A stretch of DNA of 20,000 nt from the IMG/VR virus record IMGVR_UViG_3300021371_000011. One strand, given 5' to 3'. Source of the stretch: an uncultured virus (IMG/VR IMGVR_UViG_3300021371_000011). Its lineage: Duplodnaviria > Heunggongvirae > Uroviricota > Caudoviricetes. Below, in pieces: positions 6,982 to 14,589 of this stretch (position 1 is its first letter; the number at the start of each line of letters is the position of its first letter). The notes below the pieces were generated by a model, which was not told the DNA's origin, ran no database searches, and saw nothing but the letters and a program-made list of their open reading frames with translations. A program made the position numbers and the translations under genes.

Positions 6982-7297
6982 ATTTTGTAGGGTTAAAGAT
7001 TCATTTTTTTTTATTTCAGATTCAAATATTTTGTAGGGTACTTACTTCTTCCGCAAAAATAATTTTGTAGGGTCGCCCTTTTTTTCTACACCCATACACC
7101 CTACAAAATAATTAAGCCTGTCTTTTGTAGGTTAATTACATTTACAGTAAAACTAAAAATCCTACAAAAGATTTCAAATCCAAAAACTAAAACCCTACAA
7201 AATAAAACCGTAAAAGAAAAAAATAAACTCAAAAATAAACCCTACAAAATATAGGCTAAAGAGAAAAAATAAAACTCAAAAATAAACCCTACAAAAT
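6982..7297. repeat. Array 3 of AACCCTACAAAAT repeats (~9 copies)
   Basis: Reverse copies at about 6982, 7028, 7062, 7123; forward copies at about 7098, 7161, 7191, 7238, 7285, the last three exactly 47 bp apart. Confidence 0.9.
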
Positions 7298-7298
7298 A

Positions 7299-7332
7299 AC
7301 GCTTGTGTAGCAAAATAGTAGCCTTTTTATAG
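7299..7332 (+). promoter_or_regulatory. Class I promoter element, copy 3 (divergent)
   Basis: ACGCTTGTGTAGCAAAAT-N7-TTTTTATAG; ATG at +55 (7354). Confidence 0.7.
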
Positions 7333-7353
7333 TAGTAGTTTTTAGTAGTGAAC

Positions 7354-7812
7354 ATGATGTTTGGAGAACACGATAGACAGATAATTAGTATAGAGAGAGA
7401 AAAGTTTAGAGAAATTAAAAAGGGAGATATTTTTTTCATGGGTCAAGATAAAGTTAGAGTTTTGGCAAAAGTAAATAAAGTTTCTTGGCGTTATGAAAAT
7501 GGTAGAGAGTTTTATTGGTTTAGTATGAAATATATAGCAAGAAAAGATTTAGAAACAGGCGAAGTTAAAAGATGGAATGAAGAGGAATCTCTTAGGAAAA
7601 ACGGAAAAGAAAGAAAAAATATTGATAATACCAAATATGGTTTTCTTTTAAGTTATTCTTGTAATCAAGAAGAAGGTACTCAAAGACATTTACCGCTTCG
7701 TTCTTGGGGGTTCTCAATTTCACCCGAAAACTTTGAACACCATTCAATTTTCATGGAATCACCCGATACAGATTTTAATTTAGATTTCTACTACGCTTGC
7801 GTAGCAGAATGA
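7354..7812 (+). CDS. Hypothetical protein
   Basis: Start refined to ATG 7354; C-terminus YACVAE* is encoded by promoter copy 4. Confidence 0.75.
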   Translation: MMFGEHDRQIISIEREKFREIKKGDIFFMGQDKVRVLAKVNKVSWRYENGREFYWFSMKYIARKDLETGEVKRWNEEESLRKNGKERKNIDNTKYGFLLSYSCNQEEGTQRHLPLRSWGFSISPENFEHHSIFMESPDTDFNLDFYYACVAE

Positions 7813-7826
7813 TAACAGTTAAATAG
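7793..7826 (+). promoter_or_regulatory. Class I promoter element, copy 4
   Basis: ACGCTTGCGTAGCAGAAT-N7-GTTAAATAG; ATG at +55 (7848). Confidence 0.8.
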
Positions 7827-7847
7827 AATGAAAAAGGAGAATTAAAT

Positions 7848-8045
7848 ATGAGCCAAAACACAAAAGAGATATATGGGGTATGGAATATCCATGACTTAGA
7901 GAAGCAAATAAAAAGATTTAAGAAAAATGAGAGAGAAAATCTAGGCGTAAAAAGACTTAGTAGAAATGCTAATGTCGTAATAGATTTTACTAGTGTTGAA
8001 GATTCATCCGGTGATTCCCAATTATCAATTAAGGAGATGTACTAA
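7848..8045 (+). CDS. Hypothetical protein
   Basis: 65 aa; first gene after promoter copy 4. Confidence 0.7.
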   Translation: MSQNTKEIYGVWNIHDLEKQIKRFKKNERENLGVKRLSRNANVVIDFTSVEDSSGDSQLSIKEMY

Positions 8046-8273
8046 ATGACATACAACGGTTGGACAAATAGAGAAACATGGCTTATTAATTTACATTTTG
8101 AGCCGAAAAATCAAGGAGATATTGAATGGTTAAGATTACAATTAGAAACAGCATTTCGCAAAATGACTGTTGACCATTTTTACGGTAATTTTTTCAATGA
8201 TTTAATTAATTTCCAATTAATCAATTGGGATGAATTAGCAAATCACGTTCAAGAAAATTACGAAGAAGAGTAA
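8046..8273 (+). CDS. Conserved viral hypothetical protein (YNGWTNxETW...INWxEL type)
   Basis: Motif recalled from small early-region phage proteins; GGAG RBS. Confidence 0.75.
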   Translation: MTYNGWTNRETWLINLHFEPKNQGDIEWLRLQLETAFRKMTVDHFYGNFFNDLINFQLINWDELANHVQENYEEE

Positions 8274-8274
8274 G

Positions 8275-8308
8275 ACGCTTGCGAAGCAGAATGACAAGGC
8301 TTATATAG
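8275..8308 (+). promoter_or_regulatory. Class I promoter element, copy 5
   Basis: ACGCTTGCGAAGCAGAAT-N7-CTTATATAG; ATG at +54 (8329) with no RBS. Confidence 0.8.
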
Positions 8309-8328
8309 TAGCACTTATATGTATATAT

Positions 8329-8709
8329 ATGAGCAAAGAGGTGATTAGAATGAATGATATAAAACTTTTAATGAAAAAAGAAACGGTAGATGGGACTTAT
8401 AAAAAAGATGGAACGAGGATAAATAGAGAAGTAGGCTATGCAGTAGGCTTAGTCAAAGGTGATGGATTTACTACTTTTAACGTAAATGAAATTATGACTA
8501 AGTTTTTGGCTACAAGAGTAAATTATCCAAATGCTGAATATATAGGTATATGGACTAGAAAAAACGGCCAAATGGTTTTTGACCCAATTGCTATTTATGA
8601 AAATATTAAAGATGCTTTCAAAGTAGCGACAAGAAATCGTCAAGATGCAATTTGGGATTTCAAAGAAGGCAAAGAAATAACGCTTGCGAAGCAGAATGAG
8701 AAGGTTTAA
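8329..8709 (+). CDS. Hypothetical protein
   Basis: YIGIW...VFD...A.....QDAIWD pattern recalled from small phage early proteins; alternative start 8350 (GAGGTGA); ends inside promoter copy 6. Confidence 0.75.
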   Translation: MSKEVIRMNDIKLLMKKETVDGTYKKDGTRINREVGYAVGLVKGDGFTTFNVNEIMTKFLATRVNYPNAEYIGIWTRKNGQMVFDPIAIYENIKDAFKVATRNRQDAIWDFKEGKEITLAKQNEKV

Positions 8710-8713
8710 GTAC
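8680..8713 (+). promoter_or_regulatory. Class I promoter element, copy 6
   Basis: ACGCTTGCGAAGCAGAAT-N7-TTTAAGTAC; short leader with AGGAG before ATG 8747. Confidence 0.8.
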
Positions 8714-8746
8714 TAGGGCTTATATGAATATACAGGAGATAAAAAC

Positions 8747-9220
8747 ATGACGACAGGAATATGGATTAGAGATAAAACTTTAGATAAAAACGTAGTATCA
8801 GCAGAAGGTTGCGTAGAAGATATTACAGACGTAAAAATAAGATTTAAGATTTTTCAGCATCAAGATTGGTGGCTTGATAAATATGACGGGTTTAATTTAG
8901 GAGATGACTTTTATTTATGGCTTGAGAATCTTGCTGATAATACAAATATTCACATCCCCCGCAATAGATACGATAGTACTTATTATATAGGTATCTATGA
9001 GAATGAAAAAGTTAGAATTAGGATAAAAACAAATAGAAATATAGAGAGAGATTCAGATTCACATTGGTTAAAAAAGTGGGGCGGAAAATTACAAAAACCC
9101 CTCGGTACACCAACAGTTTCAACGCTTATGAAGCAGAATAACGTATATCCAATAAATATGAAGCCAAGTGGCATCACGATAAAGAAGGAAACGCTTGCGA
9201 AGCAGAATCAACAGGTTTAA
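8747..9220 (+). CDS. Hypothetical protein
   Basis: AGGAG RBS; tail contains a decayed element (9122) and an intact element (9191). Confidence 0.7.
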   Translation: MTTGIWIRDKTLDKNVVSAEGCVEDITDVKIRFKIFQHQDWWLDKYDGFNLGDDFYLWLENLADNTNIHIPRNRYDSTYYIGIYENEKVRIRIKTNRNIERDSDSHWLKKWGGKLQKPLGTPTVSTLMKQNNVYPINMKPSGITIKKETLAKQNQQV

Positions 9221-9224
9221 ATAG
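9191..9224 (+). promoter_or_regulatory. Class I promoter element, copy 7
   Basis: ACGCTTGCGAAGCAGAAT-N7-TTTAAATAG; ATG at +54 (9245). Confidence 0.8.
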
Positions 9225-9244
9225 TAGGGCGGAGATGGATATAT

Positions 9245-9352
9245 ATGAGCAAATACACACCGATGATAGATGATAGACATATAACAGAGTGGAATGAATT
9301 AATGAAAAAAGTGGTAGAGAAAGTTAAAGACGCTTGCGAAGCAGAATCGTAA
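9245..9352 (+). CDS. Small hypothetical protein (35 aa)
   Basis: MSKYTPMIDDRHITEWNELMKKVVEKVKDACEAES*; fills the gap between copies 7 and 8. Confidence 0.55.
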   Translation: MSKYTPMIDDRHITEWNELMKKVVEKVKDACEAES

Positions 9353-9363
9353 GACTTAAATAG
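9330..9363 (+). promoter_or_regulatory. Class I promoter element, copy 8
   Basis: ACGCTTGCGAAGCAGAAT-N7-CTTAAATAG; leader with AGGTGA before ATG 9404. Confidence 0.8.
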
Positions 9364-9403
9364 TAGGGCTAATATGAATATATATAAGTAAAAAGGTGAT
9401 TAA

Positions 9404-9490
9404 ATGGAAGAAGAAGATTATATGACTAAAGAATGGATATTAAGAAAGTGGAAAGCAACAAGAATTATTAAGGGGGATGGAGAAGAATGA
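9404..9490 (+). CDS. Small hypothetical protein (28 aa)
   Basis: MEEEDYMTKEWILRKWKATRIIKGDGEE*; AGGTGA RBS; ATGA overlap with the next gene. Confidence 0.5.
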   Translation: MEEEDYMTKEWILRKWKATRIIKGDGEE

Positions 9491-9765
9491 CAAAGACACC
9501 GATAGAAGCATTACAAGATTTTGATTTTACAGTCAATACTCATAAAGATGCTACGACAATAAAGTATGACCCGAATGCACCTTTAATTAGGGCTAAAACT
9601 AATTATGCTAAAGATAAGTATAATGAATCTAGTAAAAAAGAAAAACAACGCTTGCGAAGCAGAATCGTAAGCCTTAAAAGGAATGACGAATTAGTTAGTT
9701 TTGTGGGAGAAGTAATACCCACACCAATAAAAGAAAAAAAAGGAGATAAAAAAAATGAAATATGA
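9487..9765 (+). CDS. Hypothetical protein
   Basis: Coupled start; the last ~38 codons read through promoter copy 9 and its leader. Confidence 0.55.
   Translation: MTKTPIEALQDFDFTVNTHKDATTIKYDPNAPLIRAKTNYAKDKYNESSKKEKQRLRSRIVSLKRNDELVSFVGEVIPTPIKEKKGDKKNEI
9648..9681 (+). promoter_or_regulatory. Class I promoter element, copy 9
   Basis: ACGCTTGCGAAGCAGAAT-N7-CTTAAAAGG; a hairpin begins at +54. Confidence 0.75.
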
Positions 9766-9949
9766 AATAGGAATGAAAGTAAGTTTCGGGCGACCGAATG
9801 GAGAAAAGACTGAGGGTATTATCATAAAGATAAACCCTAAAAGCCTCAAGGTGCGAACCTTAGAGAGTCGTGGTAGAACGGGTAGGTCTGTTCAAGGGAC
9901 TGTCTGGAAAGTACCGAGAGATGAAAGATACGCGAAGGTGATACAATGA
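9755..9949 (+). CDS. Small SH3/KOW-like beta-barrel protein
   Basis: IGMKVSF...TEGIIIKINPKSLKV...WKVP pattern; AGGAG RBS. Confidence 0.65.
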   Translation: MKYEIGMKVSFGRPNGEKTEGIIIKINPKSLKVRTLESRGRTGRSVQGTVWKVPRDERYAKVIQ

Positions 9950-10935
9950 GTATGAGAAATATGTTAGGGGCTTATGCCCGATTTGGAAAAGAAGCACAAG
10001 GAACGACTGTGAAAGAGGTATTGCAGAATGCAAATGCCGATTTCAATATTGGTATGGAATCTGTCTATACTAAAGATGGAAAGGTTATACCTAACCAATT
10101 TAGGACATTTAGAGAAGATACCGATGAGACTTTTGGTGTCGTAAAAGGCACATACAAAGTTATGCAAAATGAAAGATTGTTAAATATATCTGACGATTTG
10201 GTAAAGAGAGAAAAAGTAATTTGGGATAGAATTGGACTTGTAGATAACGGTAGAAAAATCGTAGCATCTTTTAAGATGCCCGAAGGTTTCTCTATCGGTG
10301 GAATGGATGATGTAGACCAATATATCATGCTTCAAAATACTAATGACGGTTCGGGTGGAATCCGTATTTTACCCTCAAATGTAAGAATTGCTTGCAGTAA
10401 TCAATTTACATATATGCAAAGTCTATTGAATAAAATGGGTATCAATAAAAATGCTCTAACTATCAGACATTCAGCACGTCAAGAAGATAGGATTGCACAA
10501 TTGGTAGAGGCTCTAAAAATTGTAGACCATCTCAATCAGACATTCATGGAAACAGCGACAGAATTAATCAATGTTGAAATGTCTCAAGATGACAGAATTA
10601 ATTTCTACATAGATACTTTAGGGCTAAAACAAAATGAAGATATGATGAAGGGCGGCAAAGATTATGATGCTAACAACCCTTACGGATTAGGCACTAGAGG
10701 TCAAAATACTCTAACCACTTTGTTAGACTTAGAAAAATCAGATACGAATACTATCAACGGTATGGAAAATAGTGCTTGGGCTGCTTTCAATGTGGCTACG
10801 GAGTACATAGACCACGCATGGAGTCATAGCAAAGACGGCAAATCTAGCGATAGCAAAGTAGAATCAGCAATCGTAGGTGCGGGTGCAAGAATGAAGTCAA
10901 ACGCATGGGAGACTATCACGGAGATGTACGCCTAA
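9946..10935 (+). CDS. DUF932-family phage/plasmid protein (TIGR03299-like)
   Basis: 329 aa; FGVVKGTYKVMQN, NTNDGSG, VRIACSNQ, IRHS and SAWAAFNVATEYIDH match recalled family motifs. Confidence 0.85.
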   Translation: MSMRNMLGAYARFGKEAQGTTVKEVLQNANADFNIGMESVYTKDGKVIPNQFRTFREDTDETFGVVKGTYKVMQNERLLNISDDLVKREKVIWDRIGLVDNGRKIVASFKMPEGFSIGGMDDVDQYIMLQNTNDGSGGIRILPSNVRIACSNQFTYMQSLLNKMGINKNALTIRHSARQEDRIAQLVEALKIVDHLNQTFMETATELINVEMSQDDRINFYIDTLGLKQNEDMMKGGKDYDANNPYGLGTRGQNTLTTLLDLEKSDTNTINGMENSAWAAFNVATEYIDHAWSHSKDGKSSDSKVESAIVGAGARMKSNAWETITEMYA

Positions 10936-10949
10936 GATTTATCGTAAAA

Positions 10950-10992
10950 GTAAGTAGGGGGTTAGTACCCTCTACTTACGCCTTCGGGCGTA
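10950..10992 (+). terminator. Tandem RNA hairpins after the DUF932 gene
   Basis: GTAAGTAGGGGGT-TAGT-ACCCTCTACTTAC, then TACGCC-TTCG-GGCGTA (cUUCGg tetraloop); TCTTTT follows at 10998-11003. Confidence 0.65.
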
Positions 10993-11012
10993 GCCTATCT
11001 TTTGTAGGGTTT

Positions 11013-11046
11013 ACGCTTGCGAGGCAGAATGAATAGATTTAAGTAA
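11013..11046 (+). promoter_or_regulatory. Class I promoter element, copy 10
   Basis: ACGCTTGCGAGGCAGAAT-N7-TTTAAGTAA; ATG at +55 (11068); a reverse CCCTACAAAA repeat abuts it upstream. Confidence 0.8.
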
Positions 11047-11067
11047 AAAGAAAAAGGAGTGAGATAT

Positions 11068-11481
11068 ATGACAAGAGCGAGACACGGCAGACACGGAGAA
11101 ATATGCAAGAGACAAAACGGAAGAATAATGATGACTGTAAGACCGACACCATCGATTTTAGATGATACAGATATAGCCATGCTTATCGGTTATATTACTA
11201 ATGTAGGTAGGCCGGATTATTATAGTGAAGAAGTTATATCCAAATCTGATGCTAAACAGGCAATACACGATTGGGAATATAATACAGGTAGTATTACACC
11301 TTTGACAAAGAAAATGGTTATGATGTATCTAAGAAGTAATTATTACTTAGGACAAATTGAAGAACAAACCGATTTGATTGATACCTATGATGAAGATTGT
11401 GGGGTATGTCAAGCATTGTTAGAAAGAGTACATGAGATATTCCCTTCTTTTGTGGTAAAAGAAACTGAGGTGGTCGCATGA
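11068..11481 (+). CDS. Hypothetical protein
   Basis: Start refined to ATG 11068. Confidence 0.75.
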   Translation: MTRARHGRHGEICKRQNGRIMMTVRPTPSILDDTDIAMLIGYITNVGRPDYYSEEVISKSDAKQAIHDWEYNTGSITPLTKKMVMMYLRSNYYLGQIEEQTDLIDTYDEDCGVCQALLERVHEIFPSFVVKETEVVA

Positions 11482-11726
11482 GTAATCCTTACGTTTCTCC
11501 TATGGCCGCAAATCAGTTTAGGATATATCATGGTGATACGATAACATTTCAATCATACAATTCAATAGTATGCACCAAAATTGAAGATAGAGTAATTTTA
11601 CATGAGCCATATTGGGATATGTATTCGGCAACCACTAACAAATATTTACTAAGATTCTTAGAAGATGATTCAATTAATACTATTAGGGCAAAAGTAAAGT
11701 CGGGAGAATATGAGGTGATTGCATGA
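11478..11726 (+). CDS. Conserved viral hypothetical protein (FQSYxS...YSxTTxKY type)
   Basis: Motif recalled from small phage early proteins; GAGGTGG RBS; ATGA overlap. Confidence 0.75.
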   Translation: MSNPYVSPMAANQFRIYHGDTITFQSYNSIVCTKIEDRVILHEPYWDMYSATTNKYLLRFLEDDSINTIRAKVKSGEYEVIA

Positions 11727-11860
11727 GTTCATATGACGGATATAAAAAAGTTCTCAAGGATTTGCATAACCATTCACCCGAAACAAAGGCTTTAGTAGAT
11801 AAATATATGAAGATTCATCTTGATGCGTTTCTTAATGATAAAGAGAGTAGTGAGTTTTAA
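11723..11860 (+). CDS. Small hypothetical protein (45 aa)
   Basis: GAGGTGA RBS; overlaps both neighbours (ATGA, TAATG). Confidence 0.6.
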   Translation: MSSYDGYKKVLKDLHNHSPETKALVDKYMKIHLDAFLNDKESSEF

Positions 11861-12396
11861 TGAATCTAAATATTATTAGAAATCAAGTTTACAATTGGAT
11901 AAACGAATCTGATACAGATTTTAATTTACATTTCGGAGAAAACAAACTTTACTTGGTTGTAGAATGGATTGACGGTAAATCACTTTTTATGGAAGATTAT
12001 TTTGATTTTAATATAAAGGGCAGAATGGCTTTTATGAATGAATTGATTATGACTTATTGTGATTTAGATGAAGATACTGATGAGGTAAAAGTAATTTGGT
12101 TTAACAAATTATTCGGAATCGGTAGTGAGTATCATGGAATCGCTGATGACGCTTTAGAACACAAAGAGGGCTTCACACCAATAGGTGTCTATGATGTTGA
12201 AGGTGTAGGTCTATGTACGGGTGTATCATTTGCAGAAAGACAGACCGCTTCTTTCACAGGAAAACCGCCTGTATTCTATGAATGGACATACATTTGCGAC
12301 ACTTGCACTTACGAAGAAGATGAATGTAAATGTGATGACGCTTGCGATACAGAATCGGCAGACTTAAATAAGATGGAAAAGGAGAGAGATATATGA
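11860..12396 (+). CDS. Acidic hypothetical protein with Cys-rich tail
   Basis: CDTC...CKC tail; the last ~19 codons overlap promoter copy 11. Confidence 0.75.
   Translation: MNLNIIRNQVYNWINESDTDFNLHFGENKLYLVVEWIDGKSLFMEDYFDFNIKGRMAFMNELIMTYCDLDEDTDEVKVIWFNKLFGIGSEYHGIADDALEHKEGFTPIGVYDVEGVGLCTGVSFAERQTASFTGKPPVFYEWTYICDTCTYEEDECKCDDACDTESADLNKMEKERDI
12338..12371 (+). promoter_or_regulatory. Class I promoter element, copy 11
   Basis: ACGCTTGCGATACAGAAT-N7-CTTAAATAA; ATG at +55 (12393). Confidence 0.8.
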
Positions 12397-12620
12397 GTAA
12401 AAGAGAAGAAGAGATGGTAGACTTAGCCTTAACAGAATTAGAAAATGCTATGGATGCACTACATAAACTGAATAGAGAAACAGATGTAATAGACGATGTT
12501 GAGTATAATAAAATAAATAGAGCAGTATGGGACATAGAGCAAATACTAAAAGATTGGCAGGATGCAAATGTAAGTACCCAAAATAATTTAGAAGAATGGA
12601 ATCAAGGATTTAGGAGATGA
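12393..12620 (+). CDS. Hypothetical helical protein
   Basis: 75 aa; first gene after promoter copy 11. Confidence 0.7.
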   Translation: MSKREEEMVDLALTELENAMDALHKLNRETDVIDDVEYNKINRAVWDIEQILKDWQDANVSTQNNLEEWNQGFRR

Positions 12621-12886
12621 ATAAAATGAATAGCATAGGTATGAATGGACACGGCATAAAAGAAATAAGAATATTGAGAGGTCAAGGTGATTTAGAGCAT
12701 TTGCTTAGAATTATAGTCATTGATAAAAATGATGAAACAAGTGATTTTAATTTCTTCGGTATGCGTGATAAAGAAACACGCAAAGATATTACAATACCCG
12801 TAAAAGTAGATTCTAGGACTTTAGATACTGTGTCCTTTGATTGTGAGTTTAATTTTCTAGGTGATGAAATAGAGGAAGAGGAATAA
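12617..12886 (+). CDS. Hypothetical protein
   Basis: ATGA overlap; acidic tail. Confidence 0.7.
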   Translation: MNKMNSIGMNGHGIKEIRILRGQGDLEHLLRIIVIDKNDETSDFNFFGMRDKETRKDITIPVKVDSRTLDTVSFDCEFNFLGDEIEEEE

Positions 12887-12888
12887 AT

Positions 12889-13227
12889 ATGGCATTGAAA
12901 GATACACTAACTAATTTACATAAGTATGATGAAGAGATAGAGACATTATACAATGAACATGACTTTAACCCTAATATTTCTTACGCTAAGAATTACGCTA
13001 AAAATAATATTTGGGCTGCTTTTTATACAGCAGCGAGAGAGATAGGTATGTCCGAAGATACGGCTAAACAATTTATTGATTCAAAGTGGTTTAGACACAA
13101 CGAAGAAGAAATATACCGACAAATTACAGCGACATTGTTTACAATGCTTTGGTGTGAATCATCTTTTGTTGATGATACCGAGTTTAGTAAATTAGAGCCT
13201 TATATTGATAGAGGGGATGTAGAATGA
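12889..13227 (+). CDS. Hypothetical protein
   Basis: GAGGA RBS; 112 aa. Confidence 0.7.
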   Translation: MALKDTLTNLHKYDEEIETLYNEHDFNPNISYAKNYAKNNIWAAFYTAAREIGMSEDTAKQFIDSKWFRHNEEEIYRQITATLFTMLWCESSFVDDTEFSKLEPYIDRGDVE

Positions 13228-13343
13228 TTAGAGATAGTTTTAAGGAAATAGTAAAAGATGAATTGACGATGTTAGTTATGACGCAAGTTATTTTTGGGGT
13301 AATATCATTAGGTATCTTAATTACTGCGGTTGTGATATTATGA
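13224..13343 (+). CDS. Small single-pass membrane protein (39 aa)
   Basis: MIRDSFKEIVKDELTMLVMTQVIFGVISLGILITAVVIL*; ATGA overlaps at both ends. Confidence 0.6.
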   Translation: MIRDSFKEIVKDELTMLVMTQVIFGVISLGILITAVVIL

Positions 13344-13933
13344 AGATACCAAATTATTACGAATACAAGTACTATGTAGGCGACCCCTGCTATGTCATAG
13401 ATGATAATAGATGGGATGAGTTTTGTACAGCCCTATGGGATGGAGAAAAAGAAAATAAATATAATGGTTGTCCCGATTATCCCGTTCATATTGAGTGGGG
13501 TGTAAATGGTATAATTTACAATATAGAGGTATGGGAAAGTCCTTTTGGAGATGGTTGTTGGAACTTTAGTAATACCGTAAAAGAAATGCGTGGTTGGATT
13601 GCAGGTGTAGAGATGGGTGTTGATGCAGGTTTATTGGCTATCGTTCCTTATGGTGCTATTTCTAATAACAGGACTTGTTCAGATAAAGATAACATAAAAG
13701 TAATGTCAAACTTAGGTATTCTTTTCACCGATGAACCAATCTTAGAAACTGACGACCACCCTATTAATGTTGTAGGTTATGTTAGACTAAATGATAAAGA
13801 TGAGAATAACGTAAGGTATTGTTATAATTGTGGCGACCATATCCATGAAAGTGATGAAATATGGTGCGAGAATGGCGGTTGTATCGGATGCTATTCTTGT
13901 TATGAATGTGATTGTGAGGATGAGGAAGAATGA
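13340..13933 (+). CDS. Conserved viral protein (YYVGDPCYVI...GDG...VDAG type) with C-terminal Zn-finger
   Basis: Recalled motif set; C-terminal CYNCG...C...C..CYSCYECDC. Confidence 0.75.
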   Translation: MKIPNYYEYKYYVGDPCYVIDDNRWDEFCTALWDGEKENKYNGCPDYPVHIEWGVNGIIYNIEVWESPFGDGCWNFSNTVKEMRGWIAGVEMGVDAGLLAIVPYGAISNNRTCSDKDNIKVMSNLGILFTDEPILETDDHPINVVGYVRLNDKDENNVRYCYNCGDHIHESDEIWCENGGCIGCYSCYECDCEDEEE

Positions 13934-14322
13934 GTAGTAGGCGACCTAGAAAAATCATGGCTGATTTCTGTTATAGATATATTAGAGATAACGGAAAACA
14001 AAGTGCCGCTTCTTTACTTGAAGCATATGAAAAAGCAGATTTAAGTAAAAAGAGAATCGGTCTTTGTAGTCATCGTGAATTAGCATCTTTGTTATCTAAG
14101 GATAGACTTTTCTTTAAGGTAAAAGAAGATTGGAAAATAGTGAATGGAAATAGAGTTTACAAATATGATATTAACGATGTGGATGAGGTAGCAAGAAAAT
14201 TGGCTTCTCTAAAACACTTGCGAGCGACACCTGCTCAAATGCCTAAGATTCTTAGAGATGCGTACATCAACGCTTGTGAAGCACAATCAACAGACTTAAA
14301 TACTATGAAGGAGAGGGTATAA
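13930..14322 (+). CDS. Possible winged-helix DNA-binding protein
   Basis: YIRDNGKQSAASLL...SHRELASLLSKDRLF pattern; basic; tail encoded by promoter copy 12. Confidence 0.6.
   Translation: MSSRRPRKIMADFCYRYIRDNGKQSAASLLEAYEKADLSKKRIGLCSHRELASLLSKDRLFFKVKEDWKIVNGNRVYKYDINDVDEVARKLASLKHLRATPAQMPKILRDAYINACEAQSTDLNTMKERV
14270..14303 (+). promoter_or_regulatory. Class I promoter element, copy 12
   Basis: ACGCTTGTGAAGCACAAT-N7-CTTAAATAC; ATG at +54 (14324). Confidence 0.8.
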
Positions 14323-14323
14323 T

Positions 14324-14488
14324 ATGAGTAAAAAGACGATGCAAGTAAATATGAGAGTGTTAGAATGGACATGGTGTGATGGAGATGATGAGTGCTATGT
14401 CGTACTAGAATATAGCGACGGCCTACAAACAAAACCTATTATTTATAGGGGAATTGTAGAGATAGATGATGTGAGGGATTTACTATGA
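14324..14488 (+). CDS. Small hypothetical protein (54 aa)
   Basis: MSKKTMQVNMRVLEWTWCDG...; ATG at +54 of the promoter. Confidence 0.65.
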   Translation: MSKKTMQVNMRVLEWTWCDGDDECYVVLEYSDGLQTKPIIYRGIVEIDDVRDLL

Positions 14489-14589
14489 ACATAAAAGAAA
14501 AGATTTTTCATATTGCTATGTGTATGGAAGCGGCTGATGGTGAATACATGAGAGGATTTATTGACGATTTATTAGAGGTGATTGAATGA
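14485..14589 (+). CDS. Small hypothetical protein (34 aa)
   Basis: ATGA overlaps at both ends; GAGGG RBS. Confidence 0.55.
   Translation: MNIKEKIFHIAMCMEAADGEYMRGFIDDLLEVIE

Noticed and set aside
9195..9223. Bacterial sigma70 reading of the element (TTGCGA-N17-TAAATA)
   Set aside because: Disfavoured but not excluded: the -10 hexamer lacks the conserved final T, and the fixed 29-30 bp TATA-to-ATG distance holds even in copies with no RBS. Several copies do have GGAG before the ATG, so TSS mapping is needed
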